A stretch of DNA of 58,616 bases, the filler included, from Diploschistes diacapsis (taxonomy: Eukaryota), in NCBI GenBank assembly GCA_023645945.1. It is 5 parts of 5 records of this genome, joined end to end, with 100 filler letters (N's around TTAATTAATTAA, not from the genome) between each part and the next. Parts side by side here need not be neighbours in the genome. Positions count along the whole stretch, not along the records: positions 23,561 to 35,209 come from JALAIB010000813.1; positions 35,310 to 46,913 come from JALAIB010000815.1; 3 more parts are not named here. One strand, given 5' to 3'. Under the pieces are notes generated by a model. It searched no databases. It saw only the letters and a program-made list of their open reading frames with translations, and was not told the origin of the DNA. The position numbers and the translations under genes were made by a program. This document shows positions 23,567 through 35,836 of the stretch, piece after piece. Position 1 is the stretch's first letter, and each line of letters opens with the position of its first letter.

Positions 23567-25312
23567 CTACTCCCCGCCCCCAAACCGCCGATCAAACATC
23601 CTCAACACCCCCAAAACACTGGCAGCCTCGATATCGAACGCCGTCCTCCCACCACCACCACCACCACCAAGACTGGGCCCAACAAGCGCCTCATCCTCAG
23701 CAGCAGCCACCGCCTCCCCAACGCGCGGGCCCATCGAGTCCGTGCTTCCAGCAACCGCATCTCCTCTCCGTACACCAGCGTCACGGACAACGGCTTTGAA
23801 TTCGGATCCGGATCCGGGGTGGGACACATGTTCTGCAGCCGTAGTTGTAGCCGTGCTCGGAATCGTGACCAGCCGCGGCAGCCAGCCGGCCAGGTCGCGG
23901 CTCGCGCGCGCGAACGCCGGGTGGCGCGAGAGCGTGGTGAAGGCGTCGGCGCAGGAGATGGTTGGGCCGGTGGGATTGCGGCCGGAAGAGAGTTGCGGGG
24001 CTGTGCCGCTTGTGCTGCTGCCGATGCCGGAACCGGTGTGGTTGCCGTTCCCGCTGCGCGGGAAGGAAGTCTCCAGCGTCTTGGACACGCGGCAGCACGC
24101 GGCCCCGAGGGGGCACGGGTCGGCGGAGAGGGCGGCGGAGCTGAGCGCGCGGAAGGGCGCCGGCTGGGCGCCGGCGAGGGTGGTGCAGAGGAGGGTGCTG
24201 GTCGCGGAGGAGCGGCAGGTCGGGCAGCTGCCCGGGTCGTTGGTGCAGCCGGATGCGGGGGTGAGTTGGGGGGTGCTGGCTGTGGGGTGTTGGGAGGTTG
24301 AGAGGGACGGATCGTTGGGGATGGTGATGGTGTTGGTTTGGGGGTCTTTCGTGCGTTCGAGGTCTGCGTGTAGCTCGGCGCAGAGGCAGGTGCTGCCGTC
24401 TTCGCAGAAGCCGCATTTGTCGTCGGGAAGGGAGGTGGTGGTTGCTGCTAGAGCGTCGTTGGTGGTGGTGGGCGGAGGGCTGAAGTTGGTGAAGTCGGTC
24501 TCCAGGGGTTCTTCTTCTGGGGTGTTGAGTGCTTGCTTGAGACGTTTGTTTACGTCCCGTGGCTCGTTGGTTGGCGATAGGGCACGTTTCTGTAGCAGCA
24601 TGTCATCGGCCGCCTCCTCGATGGGCATTCCGAGAGCTTCCTCAAAGCACTGACAGCGGGAATAAAGGGTGCAGCTGCCGCATCCGACAGGCATTTCTGG
24701 AGGAGTGTGATATGCTTGTTGAGGATCCGGTATCTCCTGCAATTGCGGTTGATCATTGCCACCTTGCTCGCCGTTTCCTGGGTTCAGCTGGATTGCTTCG
24801 TTCGCTAGAGCTTCCAGTTGCTTCTCCGCACGGTCCCTCTTGCTCCGCTCTTCCAGAACGAGACCCTCAAGGTCCTGGCAGCGGATCTTCCAAGCAAACA
24901 GATCCTGCTCCATCTTCCGAAGATCGTTCTCGTATGCATCAACGGCGTCTCGCAATCGTAGGTCAAGCCTGCTTTCCAGTTCCTCCATCTGAGCATGCAG
25001 CCCCTCCACAGTGCCCTCGTGCTCACGCTCCATTTCGTCCATCATGATTTCCAGCTCGCTGACCTTGTGTGCTCTTCGCTCGCGGAAAGCGCGCTGGGCT
25101 GTCCGGTTCTGCGCTTTACGCTTGGTTGGTGGTGTGTCCGTCGCGGGCTTTCGGCCGGGCTTCGGGCGGGGTGGAACGACCCAGTTCCTTGCTACGAGCG
25201 AGGGACCATTCACAAGAGATAATGCTGGGGGGGATACTTCCAGCGGACGGGTCGCCGACAGAGGTAGCGGGGCTATTGCCCGTCCGGGCTGCAGAGGCGC
25301 GGGAGATGCCAT
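23567..25312 (-). CDS. hapX: Iron-regulatory bZIP transcription factor HapX
   Basis: Hap4-like WVVPPRPKPGRKP, bZIP KRKAQNRTAQRAFRERR, Cys-rich regions CGSC..CQC, CGFC..CLC, C..PGSCPTC and ISCADAF, C-terminal DIEAASVLGVLRMFDRRF. Confidence 0.93.
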   Translation of the reverse strand: MASPAPLQPGRAIAPLPLSATRPLEVSPPALSLVNGPSLVARNWVVPPRPKPGRKPATDTPPTKRKAQNRTAQRAFRERRAHKVSELEIMMDEMEREHEGTVEGLHAQMEELESRLDLRLRDAVDAYENDLRKMEQDLFAWKIRCQDLEGLVLEERSKRDRAEKQLEALANEAIQLNPGNGEQGGNDQPQLQEIPDPQQAYHTPPEMPVGCGSCTLYSRCQCFEEALGMPIEEAADDMLLQKRALSPTNEPRDVNKRLKQALNTPEEEPLETDFTNFSPPPTTTNDALAATTTSLPDDKCGFCEDGSTCLCAELHADLERTKDPQTNTITIPNDPSLSTSQHPTASTPQLTPASGCTNDPGSCPTCRSSATSTLLCTTLAGAQPAPFRALSSAALSADPCPLGAACCRVSKTLETSFPRSGNGNHTGSGIGSSTSGTAPQLSSGRNPTGPTISCADAFTTLSRHPAFARASRDLAGWLPRLVTIPSTATTTAAEHVSHPGSGSEFKAVVRDAGVRRGDAVAGSTDSMGPRVGEAVAAAEDEALVGPSLGGGGGGGRTAFDIEAASVLGVLRMFDRRFGGGE

Positions 25313-25500
25313 GGTCGCACCGCGAGAAAGAGACTCTTTAGAAATTGACGGAATACTGTTTTGAGTAGTCCTCAATGCAAAGAGTCCATAACATCTGCTG
25401 CTAACCTTCCTCTGCAAAACGTCTGCCTAACTACATGAAGAAAAGAGCGTGGAACAAAAGAAAGTTGATCGAATTAGATTAAGCGGAGGATCCCCGCAAT

Positions 25501-25661
25501 CTTATCAGATTTGAGTGCCAAGACTTCTGCCAAGCCACGGGTGATTCGGATTTGAAAATGTTAAAGATCCGACCCAAGAGCAGGTCGTTTATCGAGCTTT
25601 CATGACCGCAAATTTATCAGATACACTCTTTCTTAGACAGATTAAACATCAATTAGATAAG
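25501..25661 (-). promoter_or_regulatory. SreA-type GATA boxes upstream of hapX
   Basis: ATCTGATAA on the minus strand at 25502-25510 and 25614-25622 (consensus ATCWGATAA). Near-match ATTAGATAA on the plus strand at 25652-25660. Confidence 0.75.
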
Positions 25662-26514
25662 AAAATCTAAGAGCGGTTGTTTGCGTCTGCATGTAAGTTG
25701 TTGCATTGTTGACTGCTAGTATCTTTATCTTTATGGGCCGTACTTAGCATCGGACAAGTACTACGTTGGCCAGGGACATCATTGGTGACATGGGCACTCA
25801 CTGGATTGCTACGAAGTATATAAGTAGGTGCCTCACTCAAAACCATGCCGTTGGGTGGGCGTATAGCCCCATGATGACAGCATACTCCTTACTGCACTGA
25901 TGTGCTCAGAAGCTTGATCTACGTACGGCGGCGTCAAGCACCCGCTTCATGGCTTGCAAGTATCACTGCGTCCCTCAGATCTACCGTGCAGGCCCGTTCG
26001 TTGTTTACTAGCACCAAGGAAGGTGTCAGCCTGTGTCTTTGGGAAATGTAACAGAGCTGCCTTGCCGAAGAGTTCTGTACACAACCAGACGTGAGTTTCA
26101 TTGGTGCGTTCTGCTTGAGCCATGGCGGACCGATGTGAAATCAAATGTTTTATTGTTATGGATCATACCTGGAAGCTATACCTTGCTGCAATAGCCTGGA
26201 ATACTCGTAATCAGGGGGCTAACCTCGCTTTAGTAGTCATTATCCCTATTTTTTGGCTCAGTGCCATATGAATGACTAAAGAATCATCATCTTGATGCAT
26301 GGATCCAAACCAAGGGTAAGAGGTGTACAGAAAGCCCTTCAAGCAAAGGTAGGCCTTTGTATTGACATCAGCCCCTTACCAACCCACACTATCTGGCAAA
26401 GCATTATTCTGTAGGGAGGATGTATAGTACACAGAAGAGAGTCCATGCCGGCTTCCAAGAGCCAGTAGACGCCAGAAACCATGCACTCATGCAATCAACC
26501 TCTTGCAATACTCA

Positions 26515-27931
26515 TCAGCGACGCCTTCTTTGTCGCTCTTTCTCGACTATATCTGCCTCAATCTCATTCTTCCTCTGCTGTTCGTACCGATCCGCACGGG
26601 TCTTCTCCTGCTTGCTCAGCCTCGACGCTTTACCTTCTCTTTTCGCCATGTAATCGATAGCTTTGGCTTTCATTCGCTTCCACGGACCCATGGCTGCAGT
26701 CTCATCTGGTGCTGGAGGCTGATACCTCTGGATTACCCCTTTGTATGGCCCGCTTTTGGAGGACGTGTCTACCTGTGATTCCGGTAGAGGGTGAAGCCCT
26801 AGCCTCTCACGCCAGGCCTTGTTTCGCAACACCGTGGCTTGCATGAGTCCCAGAACACTATTGGTTGCAAAGGCAACTTGCATGATCGCTGGGAGCCAAA
26901 TCACAAAGGCAAAGGATAATGCTGGGAAGAGATATTTGGCTGTATCCATCATACGTCTGCTTTGTTCGGTCATGACTCCTGATTCACCACCTTTCTGGAT
27001 ATAACTCAGCCTAAAAGCGCAAGCAAGGAAAGGTTTGGCCTACCTTGAAGACATAATACATCAGCCCAGAAGCGAGAGCTGGAAGCAAGTATGTGGGATC
27101 CGGGACCGTCAAATCAGGGAACCAAAGATATCCACCATTTTCCAGTCCAGGAACCGGTAGACTTGCCATGTTCCTTGCCAGAATGAAGGTGCCGAAGCCC
27201 AAGGGAGTTTGAAGGATGGTCGGGAGAAAGAGGCGAAAGTAATTGACGCCTGCCTTTTTGTTGAGGTCTCTGAGCTCCTTCACCGCGACCAACATCGCCT
27301 GCTGGTCGTTGTTCGCGCGAGAGGCCACGATCCTATCACGAATGCCTTGCGTGTACGGTAGAATGGTAGCTTGGCGACCAGCCATATCCGACGCGTCAAA
27401 GTAGAACTTCACTAATGAGGCCCGGACGATAACGGCAGCTAGTATCACGGAACCCGCCCAAGGAAGTCCGCTATATACGTGCACGTGTTCGAGAAGCCAT
27501 TGCACCATTGATGTGGGACCCCAGCCAAAGTCCAAGCCCAATTCCTTTAGATACCCAATATGTGGTTCAAAAGAGGTCGGAGTATCGAAAGTTGGATCCA
27601 GTGGTATGTCCCAGGCGTTCGTTGGCTGATCTGCGGCTGGCGGGAGTGAGTTGCTTGCTGCTATGCCAGACGTTGTTGAGGCGTATCTCATTGCGGGCAA
27701 GCATTGCTGAAACGTTTTTGGACACCTGTGAGGAGATCTTGGTATTGTGCTTTGCGTCCGAAGAAGGGAGACGTGGTGATTCGATTGGGATGAGAACTAT
27801 TATAATGTCAGTTTCTACTTTTTTGGTAGGGGAGCTCATACCTTTCGTTGCGGAAAATGAATCGACCACGGTCTACCCTTTCCATTATGAAGGATTCTTA
27901 AGCCAAGCCGCCATTCACTGCCCACAACCAT
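26515..27931 (-). CDS. oxa1: Mitochondrial inner-membrane insertase Oxa1, 3 exons
   Basis: IGYLKELGLDFGWGPTSMVQWLLEHVHVYSGLPW, LPVPGLENGGYLWFPDLTVPDPTYLLP, presequence-like N-terminus and basic C-terminal tail. Confidence 0.93.
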
Positions 27932-28486
27932 CTTGACCTAACCGATGCCAAAGTTTGATATACCAGAGCGTGCTCAAGAAACTTTTTGATAATGCGCCGG
28001 GGGGGAGATCCCCCGGCCTCCGGTGACTTTAGCTTAGTCAGGCCTGGGTTCCGCATGAAATCTGTTTCATAGTGAGATTTTATGTATTTAAGGTCTCCTA
28101 CGTGACATGTTCCGCATGTCAAGGGTATGCTGTAGCTTCTGATCAAAGTTACTCCTTACTTTTAGGCATTAATCATTGGATGCTCTTGTAGCTAGAATAT
28201 AGACGAAAGCTTGCAGGCCTGGTTTGCTGGTGCACGGGCTGATGCTGTTTTCTCAAGCTTTACTTCACTCGCTCATGCTAATGACTGACGGCGCAGACTC
28301 AAGTAGCTGTTTGTTAAATAAACGTGACTGCCTGACAATATCGTGCCTGGCAAATGAATCTTTTGCACCGCTTTATCGCTTGCTTCTCTTCAATTTATAG
28401 TTACAGAAGAATTGAATGTTGTAATGTTTGGCTTCGACAATTGACTTCCTGGCAGCTTTTCTTCCAAGCTGTGGCCACCCGACCTC

Positions 28487-28945
28487 CTATTCTAAACTCG
28501 TCATATCGTCTAGATACCCTTTTCTTCGCTGTTCCTCTACTGGGTCTGATTGAACCTCGATTCCGGGTCCGACTGGCCTTCGTATTCGCCCGCTCGGCAG
28601 TACCTTTGCACGAGTTAGATATAACGTACGAACTTGGAATTTAGAAACAAAGGCTTGACAAACTTTTGTATTTGACCATCCTAGTCTGAATGCAATTTCA
28701 TGCGCAAAAAGTTCTCCAAAGCCCAGCATGAGCCCGTTTACAAATGGCAGAAGAAGATTGATCGCGGCTCCCCTGCATAGACTCCAGATGGTGTGTGATT
28801 TGTAAATAACGATGGGCGCGCTTGACGAAGAAGGAGGCGATGGTGACCCCTCGTTGTTCCCATAGTTTTCGCTATCCGATTGAATTGTCATCGACGACGC
28901 GGTAAGGTCCTGATGGCGCTCGGCCTGATGTCGCTCGGTTGTCAT
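28487..28945 (-). CDS. mim1: Mitochondrial outer-membrane import protein Mim1/Tom13
   Basis: GAAINLLLPFVNGLMLGFGELFAHEIAFRLGW, with one in-frame intron. Confidence 0.92.
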   Translation of the reverse strand: MTTERHQAERHQDLTASSMTIQSDSENYGNNEGSPSPPSSSSAPIVIYKSHTIWSLCRGAAINLLLPFVNGLMLGFGELFAHEIAFRLGWSNTKVCQAFVSKFQVRTLYLTRAKVLPSGRIRRPVGPGIEVQSDPVEEQRRKGYLDDMTSLE

Positions 28946-29331
28946 GTTGGTGATGTACACGGGGTTCCGGGAGTATTACGACAATGTAGGCCCTATGAAA
29001 CCCATAGTCGACGCTTTAGGGGTACCAAGAAGCCTAACGAGCAAGCTCGGCGTAGTGGGACCTTGACCTGTTCAATGAAAGGTTAATGAAGACGTCAAAG
29101 GCAGCGTTGAATATCGGATTTAAGTTCGGTGTTTGGCAAGCAAATTCCATATACTTCAGGCAGCCTTTACTTATGACGTATATGGATAGAGCTTCGGAAT
29201 CTCATTGAATGAAACAACTTTTTCCTGTACAGGTCATAGCTCCTTTAAAAGCTCCAGGTTCATTACCGTACTTTCATCTAGACGATTAATGCAATTACTT
29301 TCTAACAAGTACGAACCTAATTCAACCCAAT

Positions 29332-30669
29332 ATGTCTGGAACTCCAGATCACGATGCCCTTATTACCCAGCTTAGCCAGACGACAGGTCTGGAGCCACAA
29401 GTGGTAAGCATACATGGGAGTCACCAATGCTTGCCTAGGAGACAAGCTCACAAAGGCTGTAGGCTTCTCAACTCCTCACGAGCAACGAGTGGAACATTGA
29501 GGCTGCAGCATCAGACTACTACGCATCGTTAGACGAGCCGGTAGAAGAAGGCAGCAGCTCAAGCGCCCCCCAAGCGCCGCAGCCTCCTTCCGGCGCCCGG
29601 ACTCTCGACGGTAACTACGTTCCTCAACCAATACCAACAGCAAGCTCGTTAGACCCATCTGCCAATACGAAGCCCTCGCAGCCGAAGAAGAAGTTTGCAA
29701 CTCTTGGCGATCTAGGTGGAGGAAGCGCCGCAGGCCACGCGCACGACGATGATCATGAAGACGATGACGATGAGGATCAAGATCTCTTCGCCGGAGGTGA
29801 GAAATCTGGCTTGGCGGTTCAGAACCCAGACGACTTGAAAAAGAGAATACTCGAAAAGGCCAGACGGTAAGCTTCAACACGCCGTGTTTATCAGTTATCG
29901 AGCTTACAACCGCACAAGTGGTGGAGCCCGACCTGGCGGCAACGATCCTGAACCTGTGTCGAATAACTTTCGAGGAACGGCTCGTACCCTAGGCGGCGAC
30001 GACGCACCTTCGCGCGTGATTGAAGATTCCACCACCAACCAGCCCCGGCCTCGAGAGCGCGTTGAGCGGCATCTTCACTTCTGGAACAATGGCTTCTCCG
30101 TCGATGATGGACCGCTGCATGATTCTTCAGACCCGGAAAACGCCCGAATCCTTAACATGATCAGAAGGGGGCAGGCGCCACTTTCACTGATGAATGTCAC
30201 AGAAAATCAGGAGGTGGACGTTCGGCTTGAACAGCACGACGGACCATATGTAGCATCGAAGAAGAAGTATAAGCCGTTCGGGGGCAGTGGTCAAAGGCTT
30301 GGGAGCCCTACTCCTGGCGTTTCTGGACCTTCTTCATCACTTTCTGAAGCAGGTCAATCGTCGGCACCTGCTGCATCAACTCCAACTCAGCCTGCTGAGC
30401 CTGCTCGGCCTTCAGTTGACTCCTCCCAGCCTACTGTCTCCTTGCAAATCCGGCTCGGAGATGGCACACGTCTTGTGTCACGTTTCAACCTCTCGCACAC
30501 GATAAGCGACGTTTACGATTTCGTCAATGCCTCGAATCCGGCCAGTCAGGCCCGCGCCTGGGTTCTCATGACCACCTTTCCAAGCAAGGAATTAGGTGAC
30601 AAAGGCGCCAAGCTCGAAGATACCCCGGAATTGAAGAAGGGAGGAGTGGTGATTCAGAAGTGGACATGA
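29332..30669 (+). CDS. shp1: Cdc48/p97 cofactor Shp1/Ubx1 (p47): UBA-SEP-UBX
   Basis: LFAGGEKSGLAVQNP, SEP domain LHFWNNGFSVDDG, SHP box FGGSGQRLG, UBX QIRLGDGTRL..TTFPSKEL. Confidence 0.94.
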
Positions 30670-31689
30670 CCTGCTTGGCGACTGATAGATAGAATACTTG
30701 CATGTAGCCAGAAGCATGCTTTTACCCGTCACCCGTCCTGATTCACCATAGTGATGATATTATACACGATGCTAGTTGACTCAGAGCAAGGTCACCAAGA
30801 TTATGAGCTAGACAGGTGGTTCACAAGCACCTCATCCCCACGAGGGGAAAGGATGGATTGGATGGAGGCCGTCTGGGAGAGTGCCCCTAGATTCATGTAC
30901 ACGGACGCCGCTCTGTTTACAATACGGATCCCCTTTGCAAGCCCTACAGTACTGTCATGAACCTCCCTATCGCATCTGCATCTTCTTGGATTAAAGGGAC
31001 TTTCTACTGATGGGACTGAGCTAAGCGTAGGGAAAATAGTTGGCAAATGCGATCTCAGCACGGGAGTTAACCGTTCTCCTATCAGGTAGAAAACGCGAGA
31101 CGGCTTTTCAATTATTCATCAACTCAAATCATATATTTGGAAGTGGTGTAAGTCTTCCACACTGTTCTCGGCCTATGCGGAGCTTTTGAAAAGATTCAAA
31201 GCCGGGTCGAAGCACTTGATCGAAGTTGTAGAGAACGGTATGTTATGCTGCCGTTATTCATAACACCAAAGATCTTCGCTGTGAAAGACTTTCCTCGGGT
31301 AATCCAGCGTCAGCTGGCACAACCAATCATATCATTATCATTGTTGGAAAAGCAAACTTCAAAGCTCGAGGAACCTGGAGGTCGTCGGACTCGATGGCTG
31401 GGTCGGGGATGCTATCTCAAGCCGTGAAGCAATCACTTTTGAGCCATCTGTTCTGATTTGGGCAGCACCGCAGAAATATTCTGTTTCTTTGCATTTCAGC
31501 AACGCCTGACTGCATATGCCAAGAACCTTCAATATCGCTCGAAGGGTAGATATATATCGATGAGCCTCTTATTGAATTATATCCGTCTCTACACTCCATC
31601 AAGAACTTCATTCCTCGTTCTCTTACAGAACAAATCTTTACACGCACTGAGGTTTCAAGGTATCGAGCTTTATGAGATCAATATAGAGC

Positions 31690-32748
31690 CATGCCGCAGA
31701 ACCCTGTGCGTATCAATATGGCGGATTTCCGGAGTACGTGTCGCCAGGATCCCACATGAACTTTGCACCTTACTTACAACCTTTCCAGCCTTCTGAGTTC
31801 GGCGCCTTTTACCTTCATCATCGGCAAAGAACAGAATCCTGCGATCGTTCAGAGTAATCTCTTCAAAGATGTGTCTTCGCCTCTGCATAGTCTGGTCAAT
31901 AACGCCATGAAAGAGGGTATTGAGAGAAGAGCCGTCCTTGAGGATGGGGAATGGCCGATATTCGCTGGCCTCTGCGAACACGCTTATACCGGGGACTACA
32001 TTAGTTCTCTATCAAGGTATTTGGCTTCAAATGCGCTATCCAATGCTGTTTGTCTCAGGCTATGCTACAAGTATTGACAGCATAGCTAACATTGGTAGTT
32101 GCAATCTAGCAGCGGCAAAGCTTCTGCAGAAGATCCGGTATCGGTCGAAGAGCCTTCTGATGTGAATATGCCACCGCCAGCTGCTCTCTACGCAGAAGAG
32201 GAGTCTATTCCTGAGGAGTCAGCTGTTGCCCAGATTGTAGAACCGGAACCGGAGGTAACGTATGATTGGGGTTCAACCCCGAAGGTAAAAAAAGGGAAAA
32301 AGAGCAACATTGTCGTCTCCGAAAGTGTCCATTGGCGCAAGCTTCGCGCTCTTAGCGACGAGCTCTCTTCTACAGTCACTTCAGAAGTCCGAAAAACACT
32401 CACGGAGCTATCGAGCCCAAGTCGTTGTGCTTTCACGCTAAGCTTGGTGTCCTCGCCCAACGATACCTAATGGAGTCGTTGAAGGATTTGTGTATGTCGA
32501 ACCTATGTCGGACACTCTACAATCTTGAAGTCGATACTTCAAACAAGGATGATATCCTGGACTTGCTATGCTATGTTTACGAAGAGGATGACGTCGCAAG
32601 TATCGCGGAGCTTCGAGAGATGGTCCTTCTTTTCGTTACTACCAAAGCTAAAACATTGTGCAAGAAGAAGAGATTCAAGCGCATGATGGATACTAACGCG
32701 CTTCTCGGCTCCAACCTTGTGTATAAGCTCTCAGGTCTTGAATCCTGA
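31690..32748 (+). pseudogene. BTB/POZ domain gene, apparently frameshifted; start uncertain
   Basis: SSAPFTFIIG..SSPLHSLVNNAMKEG..FAGLCEHAYTGDY and HAKLGVLAQRYLMESLKDL. Frame change near an A5 run at ~32392. No clean in-phase first exon found. Confidence 0.65.
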
Positions 32749-33511
32749 CTTGACAAGCGAAGATTAAGCAATACTCCTGCGACTGCCAGAACTAACCAAC
32801 GTTAAGTAGGCCTATTGAGGGTCCAATCGTTGTATTAAGAGGACCTCAGCTTCAACCAATCTTTTCGGTCAGCGCTAAGATAGTTGCGAAAGCTTATTGC
32901 CCACATACTCCGAGCGGTCTCAAAGGAGCCTGCATAACTTCAGTCCGGCAGAGTGTTAAGTTTCCATCACTTTATCACAATCTTTCAAAGCGCTTCGAGC
33001 CACACAGACAAAGTAGCTCGGTCGTTGTTGCCCGAGTTTCTCGAAAAATTTGTTTCATGTACTCTATCTTTAAAGACATCATCTTCATATCCCAAAAAGG
33101 AGTCATTCTAGAATCATTGATATAAATAACTATACCTGACACAAATACCTGGGAAAAAAACCTTGAATATTTTGAACTTACTCCTAATGCTTGTTGACCA
33201 CTAACGACCATATGAACCACCTTCCTAGAGTTTCACTCAAAGCATCTTGTTCTAGACCATTCCCTATTCCTCCTGAATGCCTTTGTGAACTTGGTTTACG
33301 GATTTAGAGGGGTTCACAGGAAGACACTTGAGTCTCACCACCCATGTTGTTCAAGGTTCATAAGGATCCTGTAAAACCTCTATGTTCATGTTTATTTCCA
33401 ATATCCATTTGTTTCTGCATCTACACACGATGTATTTTTCACTTTTGCGGATGTGCTGCATCTATTTTTTTCGAGTTTAGTGAAGGGGGTGACTGTCTTG
33501 TCGACGCCGAT

Positions 33512-34532
33512 ATGCACCTGGTTCAGTATTTGGTGGCTTTTCTCATAAACCTTGTTTCTGGCATACCGTTAATTTTCGCTCTTGACCTAGTTTCCATTGC
33601 TTTGGCGGCACCTGAAGATGGCTTCTTTAACCCCCTAAATATTGGCCGAAGAGTTAATAAGCCAACCGACTACCAAGGCGCCATCTGCAACGCCAACAGA
33701 GCTTTAGCACAGATCGCTGCAGGTAACCAGCCTCAAAGTACATACACCGACTACACTGCCTTGAGCAACAACTATCAGCTTTATAGCGCCAATCGCTGGC
33801 CAATAGATGGATCCCTTGACGGCGTATTTGGAACTCTCAACATCCACAAAGCCAACTTCATCCGCTGGGGTGGTGATGTAAGCCCCCAGTCTCCAACAGT
33901 GACCCATCCAGGAACTGACAAAAGCTGACGCATAGTACTCACCGCCGGAAGGCTCCCAGAAACTCTCCTTCAACCTCTGGATCAACGCTCAGGACGGGAT
34001 GATAATAGTAGACAACGCCGAGAGCGCCTCACGCGGGGCGAGCATCCCAGCCGACGTCCCAACAAGGCTTTCAGACGTGATTTTCCTCGCCTGATCCTAC
34101 ATCTGCTCGACAGCCAGTCCGCCACAGAACCCCAACTCGCTCAGGTACATCCTCCGCCGATCCGTCATAAACCCCTACTCGACCAAAATCGGCAAGCAAG
34201 CAGTGGCGGCTGCCGGATCGAAGGTCCAAGAGTGGCCGGCCACGAATCTGCTCGCGAACACTGATCCGTGGAGAGCGGTGATCGGGTGCCCGAACGGATA
34301 TGGGGTGGGCTTCCTACTGATGCAGCATCGAGCCGTGTTCGAGACCAGGACGCTGGGGACTGCATGGGTGTTTGAAAGCAGCATCGAGGAGCTGTGCTTT
34401 CTCTACTCCATCACCGGTGGAGGGAACGCTCTCGCGCCAGGTCCTGCTGCCCCTCCAGCTCCGCTGCCAGGTCCCGTTAGCTTGGACACAGCTACGACAT
34501 GGGTTATGCAGACGACAGCACCCGGCTCTTGA
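33512..34532 (+). pseudogene. Secreted hypothetical protein with one in-frame TGA
   Basis: Hydrophobic N-terminus, intron at ~33878-33934, then SDVIFLA*(34092)..LRYILRRSVIN..WPA..IGCPNGYGVGFLLMQH continuing in the same frame. Confidence 0.65.
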
Positions 34533-35209
34533 ACAGGACTCTCTCGCGAGGCGCTTTCGGCAGGAGGGCGCTCCAGCACTTGGAGGCGGGGTGTCGACGG
34601 GATAGAAAAAACGCTCGACCGCCGCTCTCGCCAGGTGGCTGCATGGACGTTAGCTTGCAAAAAAACGAATCAGCCAGGACATCAAGAGTTTATTCTTCGA
34701 TCTGCAGACATTGAAGGCTTTCATGTACCCGCGCTCGCTCGAAGCAATTTGGTCCGCCATCGCACCTCCATTTAACAAAGCATCGCAAATACCCCACGCC
34801 TCGTTCTACTCATTGCCTCCCCTCGGTACTTACTTCCCATCATTCCATTCGACCATCCACTCAACCTTGTAGCGCCTTCTCTCGGCCGGCAGTCCATAAC
34901 AGCCCCTAATCCTCTTTCCACCGCAGCAGTAGCAGGCAGCAATTAGCACGACACGCACACAAGGATGCAGTCGAGCCCGGCTCCTAGCCTCTGCAAGAAA
35001 TTCCAAAATCTTCAACACGCTAGACTCATCGGGGCAAAAAGAAAACGGGGTGTTGTTGTCTCAAGGTAGCACAACCGCAAAGTAAAGTAACCAACTGACC
35101 AAACTAACTTAAACCGAGCCCCGAACGACCCGCAAACAAACAAGCTGCAAACACGGGTCCCCCGGAAAAAGAAAAAAAAGGAGAGTCCCGGATTTGCCTA
35201 ATCAAGGGG

Positions 35210-35309
35210 NNNNNNNNNNNNNNNNNNNNNNNNNNNNNNNNNNNNNNNNNNNNTTAATTAATTAANNNNNNNNNNNNNNNNNNNNNNNNNNNNNNNNNNN
35301 NNNNNNNNN
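35210..35309. other. Artificial contig linker
   Basis: N44-TTAATTAATTAA-N44. Confidence 0.98.
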
Positions 35310-35836
35310 GTTGTAGGCCGATGGAGTGACACGGGGGAGGGGGGAGAATAAAGGGAAACGAACAGCGTCCATGCCCTGCTTGTTCTGCCAGTCTATGCAG
35401 CGCGGGAAGCTGGTGGCTAGGAACTCGGCGACGGATTCCTGCCCGGCTTCGACGGCGTCCATCAGGGGCGTGTTGCCGTTGACGTTGCGGGATATGCCGT
35501 CGTCCTCGTGGCCGGATCGGATGAGGTACGCCTTATCGCCGGATAGTTAGCTTGTGTTGGGTTTGGATATATTAATCGTGTTGATAGATGATTGGGTGGG
35601 ACCCCTTACTGCAGCGTCCATATAGCCAAGCCGAGCTGCTAGATGTAGCGCGGTGTTGTTATCGTCTTCATAGTGCCGGCTACGCAGTACTCCGGGGTTG
35701 TGCCGGACTATGCGTTCGATGAGCACCAGATCATTGAGGTGGATGGCGCGGCGGAGGCGGATTGAAGGGTCGATCCTGAACAAGAAGATCAGCTCGGTTA
35801 AGGGAGGGAGCTTTCGGACAAGCATTTCTCTTACAT
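35310..35836 (-). CDS. Ankyrin-repeat protein, Avo2-like (TORC2), 3' truncated at the contig end
   Basis: MIDPSIRLRRAI..NTALHLAARLG..GHEDDGISRNVNGNTPLMDAVEAG..FPRCIDWQNKQGMDA. Confidence 0.8.

Noticed and set aside
23742..24653. Long ORFs overlapping hapX
   Set aside because: Antisense or off-frame products of very high GC.
25871..25900. ATGATGA..CTGA box C/D-like pair
   Set aside because: Only ~30 nt apart, with no terminal D box or recognisable guide.
30751..31250. Short ORFs downstream of shp1
   Set aside because: Interrupted by stops and no identifiable homology.
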